From NCBI GenBank assembly GCA_042408215.1, contig JAYFMW010000020.1, positions 320,001 to 384,000 of the forward strand: 64,000 nucleotides of DNA. Direction: 5' to 3'. The position numbers were made by a program, and so were the translations under genes. Shown piece after piece: positions 20,174 to 30,590 of the stretch (positions are counted from its first letter, which is position 1; each line of letters opens with the position of its first letter). This stretch comes from Microcoleus sp. GTDB lineage: Bacteria; Cyanobacteriota; Cyanobacteriia; Cyanobacteriales; Microcoleaceae. The notes under the pieces are model-generated. The model had not been told where the DNA came from. It saw only the letters and a program-made list of their open reading frames with translations, and did no database searches.

Positions 20174-20593
20174 ATGTCTAAACCAATAATTTTGTGTGTT
20201 GACGATGAAAAAGCTGTGTTGCAAAGTCTCAAGGCTCAACTCAAGTCAGCTTTTGGCAATCAATATTATTATGAAATGGCCGAAAATGGTAATGATGCCC
20301 TAGAATTACTTGAAGAATTCAGCGAAGATGAAATTCAAGTTATTGTCATTGTATCTGATTGGTTAATGCCGGGAATGAAAGGGGACGAACTTCTCGTTCG
20401 CATTCATCAAAAGTTCCCCAATATTGTGAAAGTGATGCTCACAGGTCAAGCTGACGAAGCTGCAATAGAAAGAGCGAAATCCGAGGCTAACCTCTATCGC
20501 TGCTTGCATAAACCTTGGTCGGAATCCGAGTTGGTAGAAACAATTAATTCTGGATTGGATAAACATGAAAAAGCAGGTGATTATCTGCGTTGA
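20174..20593 (+). CDS. Single-domain response regulator
   Basis: CVDDE, SDWLMP, LTG, KPW. Confidence 0.95.
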   Translation: MSKPIILCVDDEKAVLQSLKAQLKSAFGNQYYYEMAENGNDALELLEEFSEDEIQVIVIVSDWLMPGMKGDELLVRIHQKFPNIVKVMLTGQADEAAIERAKSEANLYRCLHKPWSESELVETINSGLDKHEKAGDYLR

Positions 20594-22709
20594 TGACGAG
20601 CAAACTGTACTCAGAAGTCTGAAAGCAGAACTCAAAGAAGTAATCAGCAGTGAGTGTCGGATCGAAATTGCTGAATCGGCGCAAGATGCCTTAGAAATAA
20701 TGGAAGAGTTGCTCCAATATGGGTACGAAATACCTATGATTATTTCTGACTATATTATGCCGGAAATGAAGGGAGATGAACTCTTAAGGCGCGTTCACGT
20801 AATTTGTCCTAAAACTATCAAGGTGATGTTGACTGGTCAGGCAAATATTGAAGGGGTTAGCAATGCGATTAATTCTGCTAATCTGTACCGTTATATCGCG
20901 AAACCTTGGCAAAGTCAAGACTTAAAAATGACTGTGGCAGAAGCGATTTTGAGCTATGTTCAGGAGCAACAAATAGCTGAAAAAAATGCGAAAATTCAGG
21001 AGATGAATCAGGATTTGGAACGATTAAACCGCGAACAAGCCGCACTGATTGAGAAACTTCATGAAAGAGAAAGTCGCTGGATGCAGTTTTTGGAAGCAAT
21101 GCCGGTAGCAGTGTCAGTTATAAATGTCGAAGGTCAAGTTGATTATACTAATCAAAAGGCTCAGGAATTGTTGGGAAAAGGGTTTGTGCCGCACACCTCC
21201 ACGGAACAATTATCAGAAGTTTATCAAATTTATCAAACAGGGACAAATCAGGAGTACCCAGTAGATGATTTGCCAGTGATTCGGGCACTGAGGGGGGAAC
21301 GCGCTACGGCTGATGATGTGGAAATTCATCAAGGAGATCAGATTGTTGCTCTAGAGTGTTGGGCTACGCCTATTTATGATGGTCAAGGAGATATTTTATA
21401 TGCGATTTGGGCTTTTATTGATATTACAGAAAGGAAGCAGGTAGCCGACGCACTTTTGCAAGCCGAACAGAAATACCGCCACATTTTTGAAAATGCGATT
21501 GAAGGCATTTTTCAAACTGCACATGACGGTAGTTTTATTAGTGTTAATCAGGCTTTAGCGCAAATTTATGGCTATGATTCGCCTGAAGATTTAAAGGCAA
21601 GTTTGACTAACATTCAAGAGCAATTATATGTCAATCCGAGCCGCTGCATCGAGTTGAGCGAGTTAATCCAACACTCTGGCGAAGTGTCTGATTTCGAGTC
21701 TGAAGTTTACCGCAAAGATGGCAGCACGATCTGGATTAGCGAGAATGCGCGGGCTGTCTGCGATGTGAAGGGGGAAGTAATTTATTATCAAGGCTTTGTT
21801 GAAGATATTACGCATCGCAAATTAGCGGAAAATCAGCGGCTCAGTTTGACGACTGAATTGTTTCAAGTAAACCAAGCTTTTTCGCGGTTTGTGCCGCGTC
21901 AGTTTCTGCAACTTTTGGGTAAACAAAGTATTGTTGATGTGGAGTTAGGCGATCAAGTGCAGCAGGAAATGTCGATTTTATTTGCTGACATTCGCGACTT
22001 CACTGCTCTCAGCGAAACCATGAATCCGGAACAGAATTTTAAATTTATTAATGCGTTTTTGTCGCGGATGGAACCGGCGATTATAGACAATAAAGGTTTT
22101 ATTGATAAATATATTGGCGATGCAATTATGGCGCTGTTTAGCGCTGGTGCTGACGATGCTGTTAAAGCGGGAATTGCGATGCTGCAACGTCTGGTTGAGT
22201 ATAATCGACACCGGATTAGTAGTGGCTATGTACCTATTAAAATTGGGATTGGAATCAATGCGGGCGCTTTGATGCTGGGGACAGTTGGGGGGGAAAGTCG
22301 GATGGATGGAACGGTGATTGGCGATGTGGTGAATTTAGCGGCGCGGGTGGAAAGTTTGACGAAATTTTATGGGGTTTCGATGTTAATTACTCATCCGACT
22401 TTTTTAGAGTTGAACGAACCTATATATGCCCTACGCCCGATCGATCGCGTTCAAGTTAAGGGCAAATCTGAATTCGTAATGGTTTATGAAGTTTTTGAGG
22501 CAGATTCTTCGCAGGTGAAAGAGGAAAAGTTGGCAACTTCTCAGGTATTTTTAGGAGGATTGCATCAATATATGTTAGGAAAATTTGCGGAATCGGAAAA
22601 ACTTTTTAGTGAGTGTTTGCGTCACAGCCCGCTGGATAATGTGGCTCAACTTTACTTGCAGCGCTGTCAGCATCTAAGAGAGCGCTCGCTCGCTCGTTTG
22701 ATTAGTTGA
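20565..22709 (+). CDS. REC-PAS-PAS class III adenylate cyclase
   Basis: FADIRDFT, DKYIGDAIM, TVIGDVVNLAARVE; the Lys/Thr pair indicates ATP specificity. Confidence 0.95.
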   Translation: MKKQVIICVDDEQTVLRSLKAELKEVISSECRIEIAESAQDALEIMEELLQYGYEIPMIISDYIMPEMKGDELLRRVHVICPKTIKVMLTGQANIEGVSNAINSANLYRYIAKPWQSQDLKMTVAEAILSYVQEQQIAEKNAKIQEMNQDLERLNREQAALIEKLHERESRWMQFLEAMPVAVSVINVEGQVDYTNQKAQELLGKGFVPHTSTEQLSEVYQIYQTGTNQEYPVDDLPVIRALRGERATADDVEIHQGDQIVALECWATPIYDGQGDILYAIWAFIDITERKQVADALLQAEQKYRHIFENAIEGIFQTAHDGSFISVNQALAQIYGYDSPEDLKASLTNIQEQLYVNPSRCIELSELIQHSGEVSDFESEVYRKDGSTIWISENARAVCDVKGEVIYYQGFVEDITHRKLAENQRLSLTTELFQVNQAFSRFVPRQFLQLLGKQSIVDVELGDQVQQEMSILFADIRDFTALSETMNPEQNFKFINAFLSRMEPAIIDNKGFIDKYIGDAIMALFSAGADDAVKAGIAMLQRLVEYNRHRISSGYVPIKIGIGINAGALMLGTVGGESRMDGTVIGDVVNLAARVESLTKFYGVSMLITHPTFLELNEPIYALRPIDRVQVKGKSEFVMVYEVFEADSSQVKEEKLATSQVFLGGLHQYMLGKFAESEKLFSECLRHSPLDNVAQLYLQRCQHLRERSLARLIS

Positions 22710-22880
22710 CTGTTGACTAGACATCTCGGAAAAATAAAAGATGGCGTAGGAGTGCGATCGCGCGAGGGAAAGGGAGGGTGAAGCATTGGGGCAGAAAATC
22801 ACAGGTTTTCTCCATGCTTTGTGGCCCAAATGCTTCACCCCGGAATCTGTAAAAAAGCGTGAGCTTATTTGTTGAAATTG

Positions 22881-24197
22881 TTAATAAGTCCAGGTTTGTA
22901 AAACTTTGCCGGTTAATTTTTGCCCGAACCAAGGCGTATTTGCCGATCGCGACTTCAGACTTTGCCCTCCAACAGTCCAAGTCATTTGCGGGTCGAATAA
23001 AATTAGCTCAGCAGGCAGTCCTGGTGCAGCGGTGGCGGGGGTTTGTCCGAGACAAAGGGCCGGCTGCGTGCTCAGAACTCGCCACAGTTCTAAGGCCGAA
23101 AATTCGCCGGTTTCTACTAATCGTTGCCAGAGTAAAGGCAAGGCTAATTCTAAGCCGATCGCCCCTGGGGGAGCATCAGCAAAAGCCACGGTTTTGTCTT
23201 CATAAGTATGGGGAGTGTGGTCGATCGCGATCGCATCTATTACCCCATCTTTCACAGCTTGAATCAGCGCTAATTGGTCGGATTGATTGCCCAGCGGCGG
23301 TGACAAACGCAAATTCGGATCGTAAGGGAACAAAGCAGGAACAGCATTTTTCCCTGCAATCACCTCACCTGAATTGCCGGCAAGTGCCTCTACATTCAGC
23401 AGCAAGTGCATCCAAGTTACACTCGCAGTCACTGGTAAACCCCGCGCTTTGGCATCTCGAATCAATTCGACACTGCGGGCACAAGAAACACGCATAATGT
23501 GAACTGGAGTTCCCACAGTTGTTACTAATTCCAGCAAAGCCGCTAAAGCCGAAGTTTCTGCACTCGCGGGAATTCCCGGTAAGCCTAAGCGAATCGAAAC
23601 TGCACCCTCTCTGGCGATGCCATTTCCAGCCAAAGTTCGATCGCAGGGCCACAAAGCCACCGACTTACCCAAAGGCTGAATATACTCCAACAAACGTCTC
23701 ACCAGAGCCGGATTAGATAGCGGTAAACCGTCTGTAAAACCGACGATCGCAGACCCGGCCAATTCCCCCAACTCGGCCATCTGTTGGCCTTTAACGCCCG
23801 CTGTGAGAGCGCCCCAGAAATACAAGCGGGGTAGGGAGGGGGAGAAATTGCGGATATTTTGTTGCAATAGGGCTAAACCGGCTAAATTGTCGATCGCAGG
23901 GGAGGTATCCGGTAAAATCGCCACGCGGGTAAAACCGCCAGCAGCAGCAGCCTGCATTAAAGATTCTAGGGTTTCGCGATCCTCAAAACCCGGTTCCCCG
24001 CTGTGACTGTAAATATCAGTTAGCCCAGGCCCTAAAATTAGCCCCCGACAATCTCGCACTTTGGTGTCAGTGGGAAACTCGGATATTTGCTCTTGTATTG
24101 CTTTGATGTTACCTTTGGCAATTAGAACATCGGCGGTGCGATCGCTTTTTGAAACTGGATCTAGCACCCGTACATTTTGCAGCAGTTCGCTACTCAT
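22881..24197 (-). CDS. pyrC: Dihydroorotase-like protein (probably inactive PyrC' type)
   Basis: AAAAGGFT, PPL, IAIDHTPH, NTPW; DIYSH replaces DxHxH; start MSSELL at 24197. Confidence 0.85.
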   Translation of the reverse strand: MSSELLQNVRVLDPVSKSDRTADVLIAKGNIKAIQEQISEFPTDTKVRDCRGLILGPGLTDIYSHSGEPGFEDRETLESLMQAAAAGGFTRVAILPDTSPAIDNLAGLALLQQNIRNFSPSLPRLYFWGALTAGVKGQQMAELGELAGSAIVGFTDGLPLSNPALVRRLLEYIQPLGKSVALWPCDRTLAGNGIAREGAVSIRLGLPGIPASAETSALAALLELVTTVGTPVHIMRVSCARSVELIRDAKARGLPVTASVTWMHLLLNVEALAGNSGEVIAGKNAVPALFPYDPNLRLSPPLGNQSDQLALIQAVKDGVIDAIAIDHTPHTYEDKTVAFADAPPGAIGLELALPLLWQRLVETGEFSALELWRVLSTQPALCLGQTPATAAPGLPAELILFDPQMTWTVGGQSLKSRSANTPWFGQKLTGKVLQTWTY

Positions 24198-24199
24198 AA

Positions 24200-24350
24200 G
24201 AAGAAGGTTCGGCAACGGATTCTGTAACGGATTTAACGGATGGATGGAAGATGATTGAACCGCGAAGACGCGAAGGACACGAAGAAAGTTCGGCAACGGA
24301 TTTTGTAACGGATTTAACGGATGTAACGGATTGATGGAAGAAGGAAGAAG
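24200..24350. repeat. AAGTTCGGCAACGGAT-(TAACGGA)n repeat, two copies; also at about 44161-44205 and inverted at about 55310-55347
   Basis: Direct sequence match between the copies. Confidence 0.8.
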
Positions 24351-24416
24351 CAAGTGGTAAGGTGCTTAGGTTGCACCCTACATATAGAGCTTTTGCTAAA
24401 CTTAATTCTGTTTTAC

Positions 24417-25772
24417 TTACAGTGCTCCGGCGGCTGTTTGGTCAAAAACGCCGGCGCTTAAATGAGTTGTGACGTTCATTGCTTGCAATACGGGCAAACC
24501 TTCGGGGCCGTGGGGGTAGTCAATTACGCTAACAGCGCCGTTTCCTTGTTTGAATTTCCAGAAATGTTTTGGTTCTAAACCGAACAGATGGCAGAGAATT
24601 GCTTTGTTTATGGCGTCGTGGGCGACGACTATTCCAGTACCAGAAACCGATTTTACAATGTCTTGCCAAGATGCGATCGCTCTTTGCCAAACTTGTTGTA
24701 AATTTTCCCCTTCCGGCATTTGCACGGTTTCAGGAGTTGTTTTCCATTCTTCGAGCAAACCTGGATAGGATGCTTCTATTTCTGATTCAAATTTTCCTTC
24801 CCAAAGTCCGTGACTGATTTCTCTCAATTCATGGCGTAGTTCCAGTTGCAAACCGGTGTGATATTTGAGAATAATTTCGGCAGTTTCTTTCGGGCGCAGC
24901 ATCGAACTGCTGATGGCAAAATCCAATTTTATATCCTTCAGCAATTCTGCTGCCTTGCGGGATTGTTCGCGACCATTATCGTTGAGAGGTACGTCTATTT
25001 GTCCTTGAAATTTGCCGGCTCGGTTCCAGTCTGTTTCGCCGTGACGTACCAGCAATAAGCGCGGGCCGCGATTCCCATCTCTCGGTTTTGGGAAAATTTC
25101 TCCGGTGTGGGCTGTTAAATTCAGTGATTCTAATTGAACTGCAATTTTCGGTTTCTGCTCATCGTTAGAAACAGGAGAAGTTCCAAAATTAATGACGCTA
25201 ATTCCGCAATTTGATTGCTGAATTGATTGATAGTAAGCGGGGGAAACTTCGGATGCTGTAGCGATGAGGGCGCGGTTTATGCCGTTGTGGGCTACTACTA
25301 GGATTGTGCCGGAACTGTGGCGGGATAATAGTTCTTGCCAAAAAAATCTAGCGTTAGCAAAAAGTGCTACTACCGGAAAGTGTTCGATTTCTCCTTCCTT
25401 TGATGGGAGTTTCATGGCAAATTTGTCTGGCTGTTGCTGCCAAATGCGGTATGCTTCTGGAAATTGGTCGATCGCATCTTGGCGGAGCATTCCTTCCCAC
25501 AGAGGCAAATCGATTTCCATCAATTGATCTGTTGGTTGGAGTTGTGGCGGATTTGTCAAGCGCGAAACGATAATTTCTGCTGTTTCTTTGGCTCGTTGCA
25601 GGGGGCTGCTGTAGGCTGCATCAAAGGTGATACTGCTGAGTGTGTCGCCGACTTGTCTGGCGGCGGTGCGGCCTGCTTCTGTCAAAATTGATTTATCCAA
25701 ACGGCCTTGGATGCGACGTTGGAGATTGTAGGTGCTTTGGCCGTGACGGACTAAGATAACGCGAGTAGTCAT
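24417..25772 (-). CDS. Tandem histidine phosphatase (two PGAM-type domains; phosphoserine-phosphatase-like)
   Basis: Two RHG motifs (LVRHGQS, LVRHGET) and two VAH motifs. Confidence 0.92.
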   Translation of the reverse strand: MTTRVILVRHGQSTYNLQRRIQGRLDKSILTEAGRTAARQVGDTLSSITFDAAYSSPLQRAKETAEIIVSRLTNPPQLQPTDQLMEIDLPLWEGMLRQDAIDQFPEAYRIWQQQPDKFAMKLPSKEGEIEHFPVVALFANARFFWQELLSRHSSGTILVVAHNGINRALIATASEVSPAYYQSIQQSNCGISVINFGTSPVSNDEQKPKIAVQLESLNLTAHTGEIFPKPRDGNRGPRLLLVRHGETDWNRAGKFQGQIDVPLNDNGREQSRKAAELLKDIKLDFAISSSMLRPKETAEIILKYHTGLQLELRHELREISHGLWEGKFESEIEASYPGLLEEWKTTPETVQMPEGENLQQVWQRAIASWQDIVKSVSGTGIVVAHDAINKAILCHLFGLEPKHFWKFKQGNGAVSVIDYPHGPEGLPVLQAMNVTTHLSAGVFDQTAAGAL

Positions 25773-25957
25773 TCGATTTTAGATTTTAGATTTTAGATTT
25801 TAGATTTAGCCTGCGGTTGAATTTCGGGGCTTCAGCGGTTGAAAAAGATGAGCCAGTAGAAATTTTACCAGTTCCGGGGATGCGATCGGCTGCAACCGCC
25901 TATCATAAGAGACGGAACAGACTTAGGTACGGATTCGCGCGGGACGGAAAATCGAGG

Positions 25958-27556
25958 ATGACATTAAAGCGGATATTTTTAGGTATTTTAACAGCGATCG
26001 CGATCGCCTTGGTCGGTTTGTCTTTACTTGCTAGCTGGAATGAGCCACAAATTCAAAGTCGGCTGGAACTTTATCAGACAAATCTGCTGCTTCATGCTTC
26101 GGAGTGGCTAGGGGAAAATAATTCTAGTTCTAATTTAACTTCAGCTCGCAACAGTATTGTCGGTTCCGAGCCTGTAAATACGGCTTTGACGCAGTATCAA
26201 GAGGCGCGAGCATCGACTCAGAAAACTCTCGCCACAACTCAAGCACAATTTAAACAACTTCAAGCTCCCACCGCCTCCGGCTCTGTTGATGTTGCTCCAC
26301 AAAAGCTAAATTTGGCTCAAAGTAAGGCTCTGGAAGAGTCTCTTCAAAAGTTGTCAGGGCTGCTCAGCGAACTTGACTTGCGGGTGGGAATTTTGCAGGT
26401 AAGTAGCGGAAAAACTAATCAGGCGCTCAACACTTGGCAAGATTTGGTCGATCGAGATGATACTCAAATTAATGCCGTGACTGCGGCTGAAACTGCTGAG
26501 GTTTTAATCGGAATTTGGAGCAATCCGGCTCAACTTTTGCCGGATGCGGAATCGAACATTCAAAAGTCTTTGGATGGTTGGTTTCGCTATCGTGTTCTGG
26601 CTCAACTTTACAATTTGCAAGAACGTTCTCAGGAGCTTTTGTCGCTGCAATTGGCCGAGCAAGTAATGGCTGAACAAGCTGTCGAAAAATTGGCGATTGT
26701 GATTGGCATTCCGGGGATCGGAATTTGTATTGGCACGGTTTTGCTGGTTGGTTTGACTGTGCAGTGGCTGTTCCAGCGTCAGCAGTTAGATACAGCAGAT
26801 TCGGGGCCGCTGTTGGCGCGAAATGCGGGATTGAATTGGGATGTGCCTTGGGATGGGGAAATTGTTTGGCAGGTACTTGTGGTCGGCTTTTTCTTTGTGG
26901 GACAAATCTTGATACCTTTATTATTGCCGCTTTTTTTGGCTGTTTTCAAGCTAAATCCTGCTAGTTTTGACCCGCGTAGCAAGGCTTTTTATATCTTGGC
27001 TACTTATCTATTGCTGTCGGCGGGTGGACTTTCGGTATTGTATTTTTCTGTGAGGTCTTTTTTGCCTTTACCTGAAGGTTGGTTTCGGATTAATTGGCGG
27101 GGAAATTGGTTTTTTTGGGGTTTGGGTGGCTATTTTGTGGCTTTGCCTTTGGTGGTTTTGGTGTCGCTGATCAATCAGCAGTTTTGGCAGGGACAAGGTG
27201 GCAGTAATCCGATTTTGCCGATCGTTTTGGATGGTAGGGATGGGATGGCTTTGGCGGTGTTTTTCGGCACTGCGGCGATCGCGGCTCCGGTTTTTGAGGA
27301 AATCGTGTTTCGGGGCTTTCTGCTGCCTTCTCTGACTCGCTATTTGCCTGTTTGGGGGGCGATCGGAGCTTCGGCTTTGTTGTTTGCTGTGGCTCACTTG
27401 AATGTGTCTGAGGTTTTGCCTTTGGCGACTTTGGGGGCGGTTTTGGGGTTTGTTTACACGCGATCGCGCAATCTCCTTGCTCCGATGCTCCTTCATAGTC
27501 TCTGGAATAGTGGCACTCTCCTGAGTCTGTTTCTTTTGGGCAGTGGCGCGAGTTAA
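25958..27556 (+). CDS. CPBP/Abi (CAAX) intramembrane metalloprotease
   Basis: EEIVFRG, FAVAH, HSLWN; GAGG before ATG 25958. Confidence 0.92.
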   Translation: MTLKRIFLGILTAIAIALVGLSLLASWNEPQIQSRLELYQTNLLLHASEWLGENNSSSNLTSARNSIVGSEPVNTALTQYQEARASTQKTLATTQAQFKQLQAPTASGSVDVAPQKLNLAQSKALEESLQKLSGLLSELDLRVGILQVSSGKTNQALNTWQDLVDRDDTQINAVTAAETAEVLIGIWSNPAQLLPDAESNIQKSLDGWFRYRVLAQLYNLQERSQELLSLQLAEQVMAEQAVEKLAIVIGIPGIGICIGTVLLVGLTVQWLFQRQQLDTADSGPLLARNAGLNWDVPWDGEIVWQVLVVGFFFVGQILIPLLLPLFLAVFKLNPASFDPRSKAFYILATYLLLSAGGLSVLYFSVRSFLPLPEGWFRINWRGNWFFWGLGGYFVALPLVVLVSLINQQFWQGQGGSNPILPIVLDGRDGMALAVFFGTAAIAAPVFEEIVFRGFLLPSLTRYLPVWGAIGASALLFAVAHLNVSEVLPLATLGAVLGFVYTRSRNLLAPMLLHSLWNSGTLLSLFLLGSGAS

Positions 27557-27666
27557 AGTCCGTAGTTGTAAATAATTGTTAATTAGCCTTGCTTTTTTTC
27601 GCAAGTTGAGGCACGACGAACGGCAATTCGATCGGCCTCAAATCTCAAATCTAAAATAGATTGATT

Positions 27667-28104
27667 ATGTCAAACGAGAAATTCTGGATTTCGGCCCTGG
27701 GATTGGATATCGGTTTGAAACGTGTCGGCATCGCTGGCTGTGACGGTACTGGTTTAATTGCTACAGGGATTACTACTCTGGTCCGATCGTCCTTCGATCG
27801 AGACATCGCCGATCTGCGACAACTGGTGCAACAGCGAGGAGTGAAAATTTTGGTGGCGGGCTTACCTTACTCGATGAGCTCAGAGTTGGGCGCTCAAGCC
27901 CGACAGGTGCAGAAATATGCCTCCCGCGTCGCGATCGCCTTAGATCTTCCTTTAGAGTACGTGGACGAGCGCCTGACTTCTGTTAACGCAGAGGAATTGA
28001 TCCAAGCAGCAGGGATTTCGCCGTCGCGAAATAAGGGTTTGATCGATCGCAAAGCAGCGGCTCTGATTTTACAGCGGTGGTTGGACGAAAGGAGGCAAAA
28101 ATAG
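27667..28104 (+). CDS. ruvX: YqgF/RuvX pre-16S rRNA nuclease
   Basis: LGLDIGLKRVGIA, VDERLTS, IDRKAAALIL. Confidence 0.95.
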   Translation: MSNEKFWISALGLDIGLKRVGIAGCDGTGLIATGITTLVRSSFDRDIADLRQLVQQRGVKILVAGLPYSMSSELGAQARQVQKYASRVAIALDLPLEYVDERLTSVNAEELIQAAGISPSRNKGLIDRKAAALILQRWLDERRQK

Positions 28105-28284
28105 TCAATAGTCATTAACCAAGGAATTTATCAGGAAATTTGGGTTTAAAACCCCGTCCTTCTAGGACGGATTTTCTTGATTTTGGATAGAGGATTTTAA
28201 AACCATGCAACCACTATGAATATGAGTTGACATATTTTACCGAATCAGCTAAGATAGATATACAAACTAATTTAAATATATCAC

Positions 28285-29611
28285 ATGAAGTTAAGGTATC
28301 GCTATCGAATCTACCCAACCAACCGACAAAAATGGCAATTAGCCAAATTGTTTGGTTGTTGTCGCGTAGTTTGGAACGATGCTCTAGCTTTTTGCCAGGA
28401 ACAGTATAAAAAAGGGGAGAAAAAACCGTCACATAATGAGTTAAGCAAAATGCTTACTCAAGCAAAGAAAACTGAGGAAAAAGAATGGTTAACATCCGTT
28501 TCGAGCATACCTTTACAGCAAATCTTAAAAGATTTAGACCAGGCTTATTCTAACTTTTTTAACTCCTGTAAAGGTCAACGCAAAGGACAAAAAGTTAAGT
28601 CACCTAGATTTAAGAAACGCAAATCCAAGCAATCAGCAAGATTTACTGAGAATGGATTCCAGCTAAGAGAAAACCGACAAATATACTTACCTAAAATAGG
28701 TGAAATTGAAGTAATTTGGAGTAAGGAATTACCAGCAACACCATCATCAGCAACAATTATTAAAGATAGTGCTGACAGATATTTTGTGAGTTTTATCTTT
28801 GAAGTTAATCCAGAACAATTACCTAAAAATGATAATTGTGTAGGGATAGATTTAGGAATCACAGATTTTGCAACTTTAAGTAATGGTGAAAGAATCACAT
28901 CTCCTAAACCTTTAAAGAAAAAAATGAACCGGTTAAGGAAATTACAGCGTCATCTTTCTCGGAAACAAAAAGGAAGTAAAAGAAGAGAAATAGCTAGAAA
29001 GAAATTAGCTAAACTTCACGCTAAAATTTCTGATACAAGAACAGATGTTATCCATAAGTTGTCAACTAAAATTATTCGCGAAAACCAAACAATAGTTTTA
29101 GAAGATTTGAATGTTTCAGGGATGATGAAAAATCGAAAATTGTCCCGTGCTATTTCTGATTTAGGCTGGCGAAGTTTGAGAACTACGTTAGAGGCTAAAT
29201 CAATCATGTACGGGCGGGATTTTCAAGTCATCAGTAGATGGGAAGCAACAAGCCAAAAATGTTCTTGTTGTGGTTTTAATGGTGGTAAAAAGGAACTTTC
29301 TGTAAGGGAATGGACTTGTCTTAATTGTGGGGAAATCCATGATAGAGATATAAATGCTGCCATAAATATAGCGGTTCTCAAAAAAGTGAGGTATGCCCAC
29401 GGAACCCTATGCCCTATGCCCCATGCCCCATGCCCTATGCCCAGTCGTACCTCATCTTTCTGAGAAAGGCTATATATTAGTCGCTGGTGGGCAATCAGAG
29501 ACTTTAAACGGATGTCGGAGGAAAAGTAAGACTGTCCCTAAAAAGATAGCAATTTCCAGTGAAGCGTCAACCCACCAAAAGGATAAGTTTGAGCAATTAA
29601 GCTTGTTCTAG
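28285..29611 (+). CDS. tnpB: TnpB RNA-guided nuclease; C-terminal tail frameshifted by a MITE (current ORF ends 29463, native stop 29611)
   Basis: RYRIYP, GIDLG, VLEDL, CSCCG..CLNCG, HDRDINAA. Confidence 0.95.
29369..29472. mobile_element. MITE of the 14264 family inserted into tnpB
   Basis: TAGCGGTTCTCA..TGAGAAAGGCTA flanked by TA; removing it restores the reading frame. Confidence 0.92.
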
Positions 29612-29780
29612 CAGGAATCCCCGTACCTTCAGGTCGGGGAGGATGTCAAATGCGTAGTAGCTGAACAAAGGCGTGATATTCTAGTTGTGCAAGTTTGCTA
29701 CGCACACCTGTAACCGTTAAGACACGGTAGAAAATTCCCCAGTCAACTCGGTACTGAAGAAGGAAAATAAGATACAAGCG

Positions 29781-30356
29781 ATGTCCTCATCCCCATACCG
29801 CAAACAGAATGGCAAATCCGACGAAGTTTCCGTCACCCTGACAGACGAAGTTGGGCGATCGCTCACTTGCAACATAGAACATTCTATGGACGTAGAAGGT
29901 CAAGAATACGCTTTGCTGCTTCCGATCGACTCGCCAGTAGAAATTTTTACTTGGCACGGAGACGACGCCGACGAAGCCGCAATTCCTGTAGAAGACGAGA
30001 CCGAAATTGATAAAATTTTTGATACTGCTAGAGTTGTCCTGCAAGAGCAGAACTTGACGCTCCGGCGCACGGCTGTAACGCTGACTGTGGTTGGCGACTT
30101 GCCGGAATTTCCCGAAGAGGATATGGTTCCAGATGCCGATTCGGATGAAGAGTCGGATTTCGAGGAACTGATGTGGCTGACTAGCTTCTACCACGAAGAA
30201 CAGGAATATGCCATTTATACGCCTCTCGACCCGTTCTTTATTTTGGCTCGAATAAATGATGACGGTCAGCCAGAATTGCTCTCGGAAGAAGAGTTTCAAA
30301 GGCTGGAACCGCTGTTGCCAATGCTCGAAGACCAGTTCTTTGATGAACTCGAATAG
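29781..30356 (+). CDS. Acidic DUF3727/DUF1292-type protein
   Basis: Highly acidic, with YALLLPID and LRRTAVTLTV; usual position between ruvX and mltG. Confidence 0.85.
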   Translation: MSSSPYRKQNGKSDEVSVTLTDEVGRSLTCNIEHSMDVEGQEYALLLPIDSPVEIFTWHGDDADEAAIPVEDETEIDKIFDTARVVLQEQNLTLRRTAVTLTVVGDLPEFPEEDMVPDADSDEESDFEELMWLTSFYHEEQEYAIYTPLDPFFILARINDDGQPELLSEEEFQRLEPLLPMLEDQFFDELE

Positions 30357-30590
30357 ATCTTAATTTAGGTTAGAAGGCAGAAGGCAAAAGGCAGATTTTT
30401 TTAGTAATTTATCAAAAAAATCAACGGTCTATGCGATCGACACTTGTCGATATTGCGACTTCTGTCTTCACACTTAGGTCTGTGAATTCAGCCTTGGAAA
30501 GGGCTTGTATCCACAAATTTTCGGTCATCAATCTCAGGTCATTAGTCATTACTCGTTAGTTAACTGACAGGATATCGAGGACAACTGACA

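Larger units (their letters stand above)
28132..29649 (+). mobile_element. IS200/IS605-family tnpB-only (IS1341-like) element
   Basis: TTTAT on the left flank, left hairpin CCGTCCTTCTAGGACGG, right hairpin CCCCG..CGGGG ending GTCAA; interrupts the ruvX-DUF3727 gene run. Confidence 0.9.

Noticed and set aside
22859..23497. Long antisense ORFs (also 1885-2370, 27068-27604, 29787-30299, 54212-54772)
   Set aside because: Shadows of well-supported genes on the opposite strand, with no motifs
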